NCBI RefSeq assembly: GCF_030694325.1
Contig: NZ_JAUXYO010000053.1
Span: forward strand, 2,806-66,805
Length of the DNA stretch: 64,000 nucleotides
Direction: 5' to 3'
DNA from: Bosea sp. (in: a-proteobacteria)
Lineage (GTDB): Bacteria; Pseudomonadota; Alphaproteobacteria; Rhizobiales; Beijerinckiaceae
Position numbers and translations under genes: made by a program. How positions within the stretch are numbered: the first letter of the stretch is position 1; the number at the start of each line of letters is the position of its first letter. Below are positions 8,699 to 18,380 of this stretch, in pieces. The notes below the pieces were generated by a model. That model was given only the letters and a program-made list of their open reading frames with translations, had not been told where the DNA came from and searched no databases.

Positions 8699-10129
8699 TC
8701 ATGCCGCCTGCCTGAGCGCGGCTGTCGCCGGCCGCAGCCCCGTCAGGGCCAGCGCCGTCTCGATCTGCGCCCCGATGCGCAGAACCGTAGGCTCGTCGAA
8801 GGGCCGCCCGACGATCTGTACCGACAGCGGCAGGCCAGACGCGGAGAACCCGGCCGGCATCGACATCGCCGGGTTGCCGGTGACGTTGAACGGCATGGTC
8901 TGGATCGGCCAGTTCGGCGGGAGGGCGTCGGACATGCTGTCGAAGCGCGCCGCCGGCGCCAGCGCCGAGGCGCAGAGGATCGCGTCATACCGCTTGAGCA
9001 GCTGGTGGTTGACCGCGACCGCCAGTTCCCGGCGCAGGCGATAGGCTTGGGTCAGGTCGGCGGCACTGAGCGTCGCCCCCAGGATCATCCGGGTGAAGGT
9101 CAGACGGCCGAAATCGAGCGGCCGCTCGCGGTAATCCTTCTCATGGATGGCGAAAGCCTCCGAGAACATGATCACCCGCCCGACCGCGTTGAACAGCTCG
9201 TAATCGGGGATCGTCACCTCCTCGACGATCGCGCCGGCCTTGGCCAGCAGGGCGGCGGCGTTGTCGATCGCCGCGACGACCTCGGGCGAGACGCCTTCGG
9301 CCTGTGCGAAGAAGTGGCGCGGCAGTGCGATCTTCAGCCCGCTCACATCGCCGCCCAGCCCGCTGCGGAAGTCGGGGGCGGGCACGTCGGCGCTGGCGGG
9401 ATCGAGCGGATCGTGGCCCGAAATGACCTCCATGGTGATCGCGGCGTCCTCGACCGTCCAGCTCAGCGGGCCGCAATGGTCGAGCGTGTAGGAGAGCGGA
9501 AAGACGCCGCGCCGCGACACCAGCCCATAGGTGGGTTTGAGCCCGACCGTACCGCAATAGGCGGCCGGCCCGCGAATCGAGCCGCCGGTGTCGGACCCCA
9601 TCGCCATGCGGCAAAAGCCCGCCGCAACCGCGGCGCCCGATCCGGAGGACGAGCCGCCGGGAATGTGCTCGGGGTTCCAGGGGTTGCGGGCCGGGGGAAA
9701 CGGCAGGTCGAAGCTCGGGCCGCCCAGCGCGAATTCATGCGTCGAGAGCTTGCCGAGCAGAACCCCTCCCCCCGCCTTGAGCTTAGCCGCCACGACGGAG
9801 TCGGCGGCGGGCACATTGTCGACCAGCAGCTTGGAGTGGCAGGTCGTGCGAATGCCGGCCGTGTCGTAGATGTCCTTCAGCGCATAAGGCACGCCCTGCA
9901 TGGGGCCGGCATCCGTGCCCGCCTTGAAGGCGGCGTCGGCCGCTGCGGCATCGGCAAGGGCGCGTTCGGCGGTCACAGTGATGAAGCTGTTGAGCGCGCC
10001 ATCCAGCGCAGCGATCCGAGCCAGCGCGTCCTGGGCGAGTGCGGTCGCGGTCACCTGGCCCGTACGCAGGGCGGCGCCGGCCTCGGCGATGGAGAGCTCG
10101 TGCAGAGGCTTCGTCATGGCTGCGGACAT
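8699..10129 (-). CDS. Amidase-signature family amidase A2
   Basis: 476 aa with ALKD (Lys), GGSSSGSGAAVAAG and GSDTGGSIRGPA motifs. Confidence 0.9.
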   Translation of the reverse strand: MSAAMTKPLHELSIAEAGAALRTGQVTATALAQDALARIAALDGALNSFITVTAERALADAAAADAAFKAGTDAGPMQGVPYALKDIYDTAGIRTTCHSKLLVDNVPAADSVVAAKLKAGGGVLLGKLSTHEFALGGPSFDLPFPPARNPWNPEHIPGGSSSGSGAAVAAGFCRMAMGSDTGGSIRGPAAYCGTVGLKPTYGLVSRRGVFPLSYTLDHCGPLSWTVEDAAITMEVISGHDPLDPASADVPAPDFRSGLGGDVSGLKIALPRHFFAQAEGVSPEVVAAIDNAAALLAKAGAIVEEVTIPDYELFNAVGRVIMFSEAFAIHEKDYRERPLDFGRLTFTRMILGATLSAADLTQAYRLRRELAVAVNHQLLKRYDAILCASALAPAARFDSMSDALPPNWPIQTMPFNVTGNPAMSMPAGFSASGLPLSVQIVGRPFDEPTVLRIGAQIETALALTGLRPATAALRQAA

Positions 10130-10130
10130 G

Positions 10131-10340
10131 TCAGACCCCCTTCATCAGGGTGACGAGGGAGAAAATGTTTGAGGGCTCGGCGGCGGCCGTGCGCGGCTGG
10201 CGCAGTAGCGCGCACATGCGCTTGAGATCGCCATAGCCAGCCAGGACGGCGTCCATCCGGTCCGCCGGAACCGTTACCTCGGCGCGCCGCAGCAGCACCT
10301 CCAGTTCGAGCTTCAGATCGACCATGCTCGTTTCGCTCAT
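10131..10340 (-). CDS. Small amidase partner protein S2 (69 aa)
   Basis: Internal ATG (MSETSMVDLK...) of ORF 10131..10475. The stop lies 1 nt from the amidase A2 start. C-terminal ...AAAEPSNIFS motif. Confidence 0.6.
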   Translation of the reverse strand: MSETSMVDLKLELEVLLRRAEVTVPADRMDAVLAGYGDLKRMCALLRQPRTAAAEPSNIFSLVTLMKGV

Positions 10341-10404
10341 CGCCCTGTCCCCTGGTCCGCTTTTGCCGGCCCCGCCGATGCAACCGCCATGCCATGCCCG
10401 CTTC

Positions 10405-10416
10405 ATTGTATCCAAT
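10405..10416. promoter_or_regulatory. Candidate operator, copy 3
   Basis: ATTGTATCCAAT (ATTG-N4-CAAT inverted repeat), 65 nt upstream of the S2 start. Confidence 0.4.
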
Positions 10417-10599
10417 AACGCTTGGCGTTTAGCGTGCGGGTCAAGACAAATCCCCGGCCGGCCTGCAGGCTTCAATCGACCGAGGCATGCACGGGCGCAA
10501 TAAAGCAGCAGAACTGTCTTGCTTGACGAGCGCGAAAGCCGCTCATCTGACGCTGAGGCTCACGCCAGCGCGAAGCGTCCATTTTAGCGGCAGCGCTGC

Positions 10600-10611
10600 A
10601 TTGAATACAAT
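10600..10611. promoter_or_regulatory. Candidate operator, copy 4
   Basis: ATTGAATACAAT, 108 nt upstream of the isochorismatase-like gene start at 10719. Confidence 0.4.
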
Positions 10612-10718
10612 CAGCCCGTTTTGGCACAGGGCTTGCTGCGGCGGCGGGGCTATCGTCGGCGCGGTCCGAAGCGGGGCCGCGCCGTCGCGACCCGCATCCC
10701 GTCGATCAGGAGCATCCC

Positions 10719-11426
10719 ATGCACACCATCGCGATCCCGGATTACGTTCTCCAGCGCGTCGTCGAGCGGCGCGGCAAGGTCCGTCTGTTCAAGACGCTCG
10801 ATCCGGCGCGCACGGCGCTGATCGTGGTCGATCTCCAGAACGGCTTCATGGCGCCGGGCCAGCCGGCCGAGATTCCCTATGCGCGCGAGATCGTGCCCAA
10901 CGTCAACCGGATCGGGCAGGCGCTGAGGGCCGCCGGCGGCCTCGTCGTCTACATCCAGAACACGATCACCGAAGAAACGCAGGCGCAGTGGTGCGTCTGG
11001 TTCGACAACTTCACCAAGGGCGAGTTCAAGCAGCGCATGGTCGCCGCCTTCGCGCGCGGTAGCTTCGGCCATGCGATCTATCCGGAGCTGGAAATCCTCC
11101 CAGGCGACTGGACGGTCGAGAAGCAGCGCTTCGGTGCCTTCGTCGAGGGCTCGTCGACGCTCCATGCGCAATTGCAGGAGCAGGGCATCGACACGCTCAT
11201 CATCGTCGGCACCGCCACGAATGTCTGCTGCGAGTCGACCGCGCGCGACGCGATGATGATGAACTACAAGGTCGTCTTCGTCTCCGACGCCAATGCCTGC
11301 CGCACGGACGAGGAGCACAACGCGACGCTCGGCAACATCCTGGCACTCTTCGGCGACGTCCAGTCGACCGACGAGGTTATCGCCGCGATCGGCGCCGGCG
11401 CAGCCGTCCTGCAGGCCGCGGAATAG
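10719..11426 (+). CDS. Isochorismatase-family cysteine hydrolase I1
   Basis: 235 aa with ALIVVDLQNGF (Asp) and GTATNVCCESTARDA (Cys nucleophile). Confidence 0.85.
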   Translation: MHTIAIPDYVLQRVVERRGKVRLFKTLDPARTALIVVDLQNGFMAPGQPAEIPYAREIVPNVNRIGQALRAAGGLVVYIQNTITEETQAQWCVWFDNFTKGEFKQRMVAAFARGSFGHAIYPELEILPGDWTVEKQRFGAFVEGSSTLHAQLQEQGIDTLIIVGTATNVCCESTARDAMMMNYKVVFVSDANACRTDEEHNATLGNILALFGDVQSTDEVIAAIGAGAAVLQAAE

Positions 11427-11458
11427 GCGGCGCCGCCGGCCGTGGCGCGGTACGAGGG

Positions 11459-11472
11459 GCACAATATTGTGC
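11459..11472. promoter_or_regulatory. Perfect 14-bp palindrome GCACAATATTGTGC
   Basis: Lies in the 364-nt gap upstream of the binding-protein gene. A second element, ATTG-tgtg-CAAT, is at 11536..11547. Confidence 0.3.
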
Positions 11473-11789
11473 AGCGCAGCAGATCGGGGCCTGCGCAATC
11501 ACCATATCGCCGCCTCGGCCGGCGAGCGTGGCATAATTGTGTGCAATACGCAGCGGGCACCACGCTGATGCTCCACCGCCGGCATGCGGCCATTGCCCCT
11601 CTTTCATCCAAAAACACTGTCGCCATGGCGCAATCTGGACCGACGGGATCGACCGTCATCATTTCCGCTGCCGGGCACCCAGCAAGACCCGATCAGGATT
11701 GGACACAATCGAGCCGGCTTGGCACGGCCTTTGCAAAAATCCCGGACGCCGCCGCACACGACCTCACTTGCATCCCGGAGGGAGCCCGC

Positions 11790-13406
11790 ATGCCTCACCA
11801 ATGTCAGATGTTTCGGAAAAGCGCCGCGCGCCTCGCGGCCGGTTTGTCGTTTGCGATCGTAGCGGCCTTCACGGCTGCCGCGCCGGCCCAGGCCCAGACG
11901 ACGCTGCGCGTCGCGATGACCGCCGGCGATATTCCGGATGTGACGGGGCAGCCTGATCAGGGCTTCGAGGGCTACCGCTTCGTCGGCTACACCCTCTATG
12001 ACTCCCTCATTCTCTGGGATCTCTCCCGCTCCGACGTCGAGGCCTCGCTGACGCCGGGCCTCGCCACGAAATGGGAGATCGATCCGAAGGACAGCAAGCG
12101 CTGGATCTTCACCCTGCGCAAGGATGTGAAGTTCCATGACGGGTCGGACTTCAACGCCGACGTCGTGCTCTGGAACATCGCGCGCCTGACCGACGAGAAG
12201 GTCCCGCATTTCAACGCCAAGCAGTTCGCGGCGATGCGCACCCGCACCGTCAACATCGACCGCGCCGAGAAGATCGACGACCACAGCGTCGCGATCATCA
12301 CCAAGGAGCCGGATTCGCTGTTCTACATCCAGATGAGCTTCTGGATGATGATCTCGAAGGCCCAATTCGAGAAGGCGGGCTCCTACGAGAAATACGCCCA
12401 GATGCCCTCGGGCACCGGGCCCTACCGTTTCGCCGGGATCGTTCCGCGCGAGCGCCTGGAACTGACCCGCAACGAGACCTATTGGAACCCCAAGCGCATT
12501 CCCAAGCATGACCGGCTGGTGCTGCAGCCGATGCCGGAGGCGACGACGCGCGCCGCCGCGCTCCTCTCCGGCCAGGTCGACTTCATCGAGGCGCCCTCTC
12601 CGGACACGATCGCGAGGCTGAAATCCTCGGGGATGCAGGTCATCACCCTGCCTTACCCCCATAACTGGCACTACCAGTTCAACTTCGTCGACGGCCCCTT
12701 CAAGGACAAGCGCGTGCGCCAGGCGGCGAACTACGCGATGAACCGCGGCGAAATGGTCGAGATGCTCAACGGCCTCGCCCAGGAAGGCTATGGCACCGTG
12801 CCGCCGAGCTCGCCCTATTTCGGCAAGCCGGTCCTCTACAAGCTCGACCAGAAGAAGGCGACCGCGCTGCTCAAGGAGGCCAAGTGCTTCCCCTGCGAGG
12901 TCACGCTCGCGATCTCGACCTCCGGCTCGGGCCAGATGCAGCCGCTGCCGATGAACGAGCTGGTCAAGTCGCAGCTCGAGGCGGTGGGCTTCAAGGTCAA
13001 GCTCGAGGTGATGGACTGGAACGCGCTGCTCGACGTCACCTTCAAGGGCCGCGAAAAGTTCCCCGCCTATCACGCCGTCAATGTCAGCCGCGCCACGCAG
13101 GATCCCTTCTCCGGCATCTTCCGCTTCGCCATGCGCAAGCAGTGGGCGCCGGCCGGCGGCAACTGGGGCCATTACGAGAACCCCGAGATCGAGAAGCTGA
13201 TCACGGAGATCTACAACACCTTCGAGCAGACGAAGCGCGACGCGATGATCACCCGGGTCCACGAGATCATGAACGAGGACGCCGCCATGCTCTTCGTCAC
13301 CCATGACCTGAATCCGCGGGCGCTCTCGCCCAAGGTGAAGGGCTTCGTCCAGGCCCAGAGCTGGTTCCAGGACCTGACGCCGATCACCGTCGGCACCACG
13401 AACTGA
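11790..13406 (+). CDS. ABC transporter substrate-binding protein SBP1 (family 5, peptide/nickel type)
   Basis: RBS GGAGGGA and ATG at 11790. Signal peptide ends ...AAPAQAQT. Length and pattern are Dpp/Opp-like. Confidence 0.85.
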   Translation: MPHQCQMFRKSAARLAAGLSFAIVAAFTAAAPAQAQTTLRVAMTAGDIPDVTGQPDQGFEGYRFVGYTLYDSLILWDLSRSDVEASLTPGLATKWEIDPKDSKRWIFTLRKDVKFHDGSDFNADVVLWNIARLTDEKVPHFNAKQFAAMRTRTVNIDRAEKIDDHSVAIITKEPDSLFYIQMSFWMMISKAQFEKAGSYEKYAQMPSGTGPYRFAGIVPRERLELTRNETYWNPKRIPKHDRLVLQPMPEATTRAAALLSGQVDFIEAPSPDTIARLKSSGMQVITLPYPHNWHYQFNFVDGPFKDKRVRQAANYAMNRGEMVEMLNGLAQEGYGTVPPSSPYFGKPVLYKLDQKKATALLKEAKCFPCEVTLAISTSGSGQMQPLPMNELVKSQLEAVGFKVKLEVMDWNALLDVTFKGREKFPAYHAVNVSRATQDPFSGIFRFAMRKQWAPAGGNWGHYENPEIEKLITEIYNTFEQTKRDAMITRVHEIMNEDAAMLFVTHDLNPRALSPKVKGFVQAQSWFQDLTPITVGTTN

Positions 13407-13499
13407 CGCGGCCCCGCCTTCGGGATGCCGCCCGTCGCGGCCGCATCCCCCTCAAAGCCCAAAGCGATCCAGGACCCGAGCCGACCGAAGGAGACCTCC

Positions 13500-14456
13500 A
13501 TGTGGCACTATATCGCCCGTCGCATCGTCTACGCGATCCCGATCGCCATCGGCGTTACGGTCTTCTGCTTCGCGCTGGTCTTCCTGGCGCCGGGCAACCC
13601 CGTCCAGATGCTGCTCCCGGCCGATGCGAGCCAGGAGGTCGTCGATCTCATCATGAAGACCTACGGCTTCGACCGGCCACTGCCCGTCCAGTACTGGACC
13701 TGGCTGACACGGGCCGTCGTCGGCGATCTCGGGGTCTCGATCCAGTCCAACCGGCCGGTGATCGACGAGGTATTGCGGGCGCTGGGCAACACCGTCTTCC
13801 TGTCGCTCGGCGCGGTGGCGCTCGCGTTCACCATCGCCTTCGTACTGGGCACGTTGGCGGCCTATTACCGGGGCAGTGCGACCGACCGCAGCGTCACCGC
13901 CCTGTCGATCGTCGGCGTCTCGATCCCGAACTACTGGCTCGGCATCGTGCTGGTCATCATCTTCGCTGTCGAGCTGAACTGGCTGCCGGCGACCGGCATG
14001 GGCCCGCGCGGCTCGGAGACGTTCAACCTCTTCGAATGGTCCCATTTCAAGCATGTGATCCTGCCGATCGTCACGCTCTGCATGGTGCCGGTCGGGATGA
14101 TCACCCGCACCACGCGCTCGGCCGTGTCCGAGGTGCTGGGCAACGACTTCGTCAACACGCTGCGCGCCAAGGGCCTCGGCGAACTCGCAGTGATCCGGCA
14201 CGCGCTCAAGAACGCCATGCCCCAGATCCTGGCCGTGATGGGGCTGCAGTTCGGCTACCTGATGGGCGGCTCGATCCTGGTCGAGACGATCTTCAACTGG
14301 CCGGGCACGGGCTTCCTGCTGAACAAGGCGATCCTGACGCGCGACATCCCGGTCCTGCAGGGCACGATCCTGGTCCTCGCCCTCGTCTTCGTCTTCACCA
14401 ACCTCGTCGTCGACCTGTTCCAGACCGCGGTCGACCCGCGCATCAAGCGTTCCTGA
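13500..14456 (+). CDS. ABC transporter permease (DppB-like)
   Basis: Starts MWHYIARRIVYAIPI after RBS GGAGA. About 6 TM segments. Confidence 0.85.
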   Translation: MWHYIARRIVYAIPIAIGVTVFCFALVFLAPGNPVQMLLPADASQEVVDLIMKTYGFDRPLPVQYWTWLTRAVVGDLGVSIQSNRPVIDEVLRALGNTVFLSLGAVALAFTIAFVLGTLAAYYRGSATDRSVTALSIVGVSIPNYWLGIVLVIIFAVELNWLPATGMGPRGSETFNLFEWSHFKHVILPIVTLCMVPVGMITRTTRSAVSEVLGNDFVNTLRAKGLGELAVIRHALKNAMPQILAVMGLQFGYLMGGSILVETIFNWPGTGFLLNKAILTRDIPVLQGTILVLALVFVFTNLVVDLFQTAVDPRIKRS

Positions 14457-14466
14457 GGAGTCGGCC

Positions 14467-15369
14467 ATGACCGATTTCACCACGGCGACACGCCTCCTCG
14501 CGGCGGAAGAAGAGGCCCCGGCCACCAAGGTCCGCGGCTACTGGCAGAATGTCGGTTACCGCCTGCGCTACGACTACGTCACGCTCGCCTTCGCGCTGGT
14601 CATCGTCCTGATCGTCGCGATGGCGGTGTTCGCGCCCTGGATCGCCCCGAAAGATCCCTACAAGACCTCGATGGCGTTCCGGCTGCGCCCGGTCGGCTTC
14701 CGCGACTTCCATCTCGGCACCGACGAACTCGGCCGCGACATCCTCTCCCGCCTGATCCATGGCGGGCGCATGTCGCTGCTGATGGGCGTGGTGCCGGTGG
14801 TGTTCGCGACGCTGATCGGCGGCTTCCTCGGCGTGCTCGCCGGCTTCATCGGCGGCAAGCTGAACATGGCGATCATGAGGACCATGGACGTCTTCTACGC
14901 CTTCCCCTCGATCCTGCTGGCGGTCGCGATTTCCGGCGCCATGGGCGGCGGCATGGCCAATGGCATGGTCGCCCTGACGCTGGTCTTCATCCCGCCGCTC
15001 TGCCGCATCGCCGAGACGGCGACCACCCAGGTCCGCGGGCTCGATTTCGTCGAGGCGGCGCGGGCCTCCGGCGGCTCGACCGGCTCGATCATCGCCACGC
15101 ATATCCTCGGCAACGTGCTCGGGCCGATCTTCATCTACGCCTCGGGCCTGGTCTCGGTCTCGATCCTGATCGCTTCCGGCCTCTCCTTCCTCGGCCTCGG
15201 CGTCGAGCCGCCGCATCCCGACTGGGGCCTGATGCTCTCAACCCTGCGCCAGTCGATCTACGTCAACCCGATCGTCTGCGCGCTGCCGGGTGTGATGATC
15301 TTCGTCACCTCACTCGCCTTCAACATGGTCAGCGACGGGCTGCGCCAGGCGATGGACGTCAGACTGTGA
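14467..15369 (+). CDS. ABC transporter permease (DppC-like)
   Basis: 300 aa polytopic protein, adjacent to the first permease. Confidence 0.85.
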   Translation: MTDFTTATRLLAAEEEAPATKVRGYWQNVGYRLRYDYVTLAFALVIVLIVAMAVFAPWIAPKDPYKTSMAFRLRPVGFRDFHLGTDELGRDILSRLIHGGRMSLLMGVVPVVFATLIGGFLGVLAGFIGGKLNMAIMRTMDVFYAFPSILLAVAISGAMGGGMANGMVALTLVFIPPLCRIAETATTQVRGLDFVEAARASGGSTGSIIATHILGNVLGPIFIYASGLVSVSILIASGLSFLGLGVEPPHPDWGLMLSTLRQSIYVNPIVCALPGVMIFVTSLAFNMVSDGLRQAMDVRL

Positions 15370-16568
15370 AAGGGCCCGCCATGTCCATGACACCCACGTC
15401 CATGACACCCACCTCGATGACACCCGCGTCCACGACACCCGCGCCGACCACCCGTACGCCGCAGCTCTCTTCGGTCCCGGAGGGGGACATCCGCGACCGT
15501 GGCGGCCCCTCTCAGCCGATGCTGATCGTCTCCGACCTGAAGAAGCATTTCGCGATCAAGGGCGGGATGCTGAACCGCACCCAGGGGCATGTCCGGGCCG
15601 TCGACGGCGTCTCCTTCAGCGTGCTCAAGGGCGAGACGCTCGGCGTCGTCGGCGAGTCCGGCTGCGGCAAGTCCACTTTGGCGCGGCTCTTGATGCACCT
15701 CATTCCCTATGACGCGGGTGAGGTGCTGTTCGACGGCGAGTCGATCGGCGGCGTGCGCGGCCTCACCATGAAGGAGTTCCGGCGCGCCATGCAGATGGTG
15801 TTCCAGGACAGCTACTCCTCGCTCAACCCGCGCCTGCCGGTCGAGGAATCGATCGCCTATGGCCCGCGGGTCCATGGCATGCCGGCCGCCAGGGCCAAGG
15901 AGATCGCCCGCGAACTCCTCGCCAAGGTCGGCCTGAAGCCTGATCTCTTCGCCCAGCGCTATCCGCACGAACTCTCCGGCGGCCAGAAGCAGCGCGTCAA
16001 CATCGCTCGGGCACTGGCGCTGGAGCCGCGGCTCCTGATCCTGGACGAGGCAGTCTCGGCGCTCGACAAATCGGTCGAGGCCCAGGTCCTGAACCTGCTG
16101 CGCCAGCTCAAGCGCCACTTCAACCTCACCTATGTCTTCATCAGTCACGATCTCGACGTGGTGCAGTACATTTCCGATCGCGTGCTGGTGATGTATCTCG
16201 GCGAGATCGTCGAGATCGGCCCGGTGGATGCGATCTACGAGCATCCCAAGCACCCCTACACCCGCGCGCTGCTGGCATCGCGGCTGTCCTTCGATCCCGC
16301 CGAGCGCGTCCACGAGGCGCCGCTGACCGGCGATCCGCCCAACCCGATCAACCCGCCCTCCGGCTGCCGCTTTCGAACCCGTTGCCCGATGGCGGAAGGC
16401 GTCTGCGCGGAAACCTCGCCCCGGCTCGAAGGCGCCGTTGCGGCCGACATCCATGTCGCCGCCTGCCACGTCCAGAACCCGGGCTCCGGCCACAGCCTCG
16501 CCGGCAAGGCGCCTGTGCTGGTCGCCAGGCCGAAAGCCGGCGCCGCACCGCTCGCCGCCACTGCGTGA
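15366..16568 (+). CDS. ABC transporter ATP-binding protein (oligopeptide/dipeptide type)
   Basis: Walker A GESGCGKST, signature LSGGQKQRV, C-terminal CRFRTRCP motif. The GTG start overlaps the permease stop (GTGA). The N-terminus carries an MTPTS repeat, so the true start is uncertain. Confidence 0.85.
   Translation: MKGPAMSMTPTSMTPTSMTPASTTPAPTTRTPQLSSVPEGDIRDRGGPSQPMLIVSDLKKHFAIKGGMLNRTQGHVRAVDGVSFSVLKGETLGVVGESGCGKSTLARLLMHLIPYDAGEVLFDGESIGGVRGLTMKEFRRAMQMVFQDSYSSLNPRLPVEESIAYGPRVHGMPAARAKEIARELLAKVGLKPDLFAQRYPHELSGGQKQRVNIARALALEPRLLILDEAVSALDKSVEAQVLNLLRQLKRHFNLTYVFISHDLDVVQYISDRVLVMYLGEIVEIGPVDAIYEHPKHPYTRALLASRLSFDPAERVHEAPLTGDPPNPINPPSGCRFRTRCPMAEGVCAETSPRLEGAVAADIHVAACHVQNPGSGHSLAGKAPVLVARPKAGAAPLAATA
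15387..15446 (+). repeat. 15-bp tandem repeat, 4 units (ATGACACCCACGTCC-like)
   Basis: Units at 15387, 15402, 15417 and 15432 encode MTPTS/MTPTS/MTPAS/TTPAP in frame. Three units begin with ATG. Confidence 0.8.
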
Positions 16569-16578
16569 GGATGATCCG

Positions 16579-17613
16579 ATGACGACAGCCACCGCACCAT
16601 CCACGGTTCCCGGCCCCGTCGCTCTCGCCGCGGTAAGGCCGCTGGTCGAGGTCGAGGATCTCTCGGTCAAATTCGTCAGCCGGGAAGCGACCGTCGCCGC
16701 CGTGAACGGCGTCTCCTTCTCGATCCAGCCGGGCGAGGTGCTCTGCATCATCGGTGAGTCCGGCTCCGGCAAATCCGTGACGATGCGCGCTCTGATGCGG
16801 CTCCTGCCCAAGGGCCGGGCCAGGATCGGCGGCAAGATGCGCGTCGGCGAGCACGACATCATGGCGCTCAGCGACAAGGAGCTTACGCAGATCCGCGGCT
16901 CGACCATCTCGATGATCTTCCAAGAGCCGATGACGGCGCTCGACCCCGTCTACACGATCGGCCACCAGATCGCCGAGACGGTGGTCAAGCACGAGGGCTG
17001 CTCCTACGCCGACGGGCTGAAGCGCGGGCTGGAGCTGCTCGAATTCGTCAAGGTGCCTTCGCCGGAGCGGCGCCTGAAGGCCTATCCGCACGAGCTCTCC
17101 GGCGGCCTGCGCCAGCGCGCCATGATCGCCATGGCGCTGTCCTGCCGGCCGCAGCTCCTTCTGGCCGACGAGCCGACGACCGCGCTCGACGCCACCGTGC
17201 AGATCCAGGTGCTGGTGCTGCTGCGCAAGCTCCAGCGCGACATGGGCATGAGCGTGATCTTCGTCACCCATGATCTCGGCGTCGCCGCCCAGATCGCCGA
17301 CCGGGTCGCGGTGATGTATGCCGGCCGCGTCGTCGAATCCGGCCCGGTGCGCGACGTGCTGATGAACCCGCAGCACCCCTATACCCGCGGCATGCTCGCC
17401 TCCTCCGTCCATGGCAGCGCGCGCGGCGTCGACATCGAGGCGATCCCCGGCTCGCCGCCCGACATGCGCCGCCTGCCGCCGGGCTGCGCCTTCGCGCCGC
17501 GCTGCAAATTCGCCGACGAGGGCTGCCGTGCGGCGAGCCCGCCGGAAACCGTGCCCGCGCCCGACCGCACCGTCTGCTGCTTCAAGGTCGGCTCGCCCGC
17601 CTTGTCCTCCTGA
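16579..17613 (+). CDS. ABC transporter ATP-binding protein (second ATPase)
   Basis: Walker A GESGSGKSV, signature LSGGLRQRA, C-terminal CAFAPRCKF motif. ATG at 16579 follows the previous stop by 10 nt. Confidence 0.85.
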   Translation: MTTATAPSTVPGPVALAAVRPLVEVEDLSVKFVSREATVAAVNGVSFSIQPGEVLCIIGESGSGKSVTMRALMRLLPKGRARIGGKMRVGEHDIMALSDKELTQIRGSTISMIFQEPMTALDPVYTIGHQIAETVVKHEGCSYADGLKRGLELLEFVKVPSPERRLKAYPHELSGGLRQRAMIAMALSCRPQLLLADEPTTALDATVQIQVLVLLRKLQRDMGMSVIFVTHDLGVAAQIADRVAVMYAGRVVESGPVRDVLMNPQHPYTRGMLASSVHGSARGVDIEAIPGSPPDMRRLPPGCAFAPRCKFADEGCRAASPPETVPAPDRTVCCFKVGSPALSS

Positions 17614-17636
17614 AACCCAGCACGAAAGAGCCCGCC

Positions 17637-18347
17637 ATGCACAAGGTCGAGATTCCCGCCTATGTCACCGAGCATGTCGTCGCCCGTCGCGGCGTCGAGC
17701 ATGTCTATGCCGATCTCGATCCCGCCCGCACGGCGCTGATCGTCGTTGATCTCCAGAACGGCTTCATGATGCCGGGCGTCGCCCATGCCCTCTGCGACAC
17801 CGCCCGCGAGATCGTCCCCAACGTCAACCTGATCGCCGACGCCGTGCGCCGCACCGGCGGCAAGGTGTTCTGGATCAAGAACACCCATGACGAGGGCTGC
17901 CTGACCTCCTGGTCGCATTTCCATCAGGATCTGACGCGGCCGGAGCGGCGCGCCGCGCGGGTCGAATCCATGTCGGAAGGCAAGCTCGGCCACGAACTCT
18001 GGGCCGATCTCGAGGTCGCTCCGGAGGACGAAATCGTCCAGAAGACGCGCTTCAGCGCCTTCATCCAGGGCTCGTCGGATCTTGAGGCGAGGCTGCGCGC
18101 GCAGGGCTACGATACCCTGATTATCACCGGCACCGTCACCAATGTCTGCTGCGAATCGACCGCCCGCGACGCCATGATGCTGAACTTCAGGACGATCATG
18201 GTGACCGACGGCAATGCCGCCAATTCCGATGCCGAGCACAACGCCTCGCTGATCGCCTTCTACCTCACCTTCGGCGACATCATGGACACGCAGATGCTGA
18301 TCGGCTGTCTGGAAAAGAACGCCCGCTTCCGCGAGGCGGCCGAATAA
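17637..18347 (+). CDS. Isochorismatase-family cysteine hydrolase I2 (paralog of I1)
   Basis: 236 aa with ALIVVDLQNGF and GTVTNVCCESTARDA. By eye roughly half the residues are identical to I1. Confidence 0.85.
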   Translation: MHKVEIPAYVTEHVVARRGVEHVYADLDPARTALIVVDLQNGFMMPGVAHALCDTAREIVPNVNLIADAVRRTGGKVFWIKNTHDEGCLTSWSHFHQDLTRPERRAARVESMSEGKLGHELWADLEVAPEDEIVQKTRFSAFIQGSSDLEARLRAQGYDTLIITGTVTNVCCESTARDAMMLNFRTIMVTDGNAANSDAEHNASLIAFYLTFGDIMDTQMLIGCLEKNARFREAAE

Positions 18348-18380
18348 CCCGGCGCGCGCGCCCGACACACTGAGAGAGAC

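Noticed and set aside
15387-15446. The short tandem repeat considered as a CRISPR-like or minisatellite locus.
   Set aside because: The units are contiguous with no spacers, in frame within a coding region, and only 15 bp long. It is a coding tandem repeat, not a CRISPR array. No CRISPR array was seen anywhere in the window.
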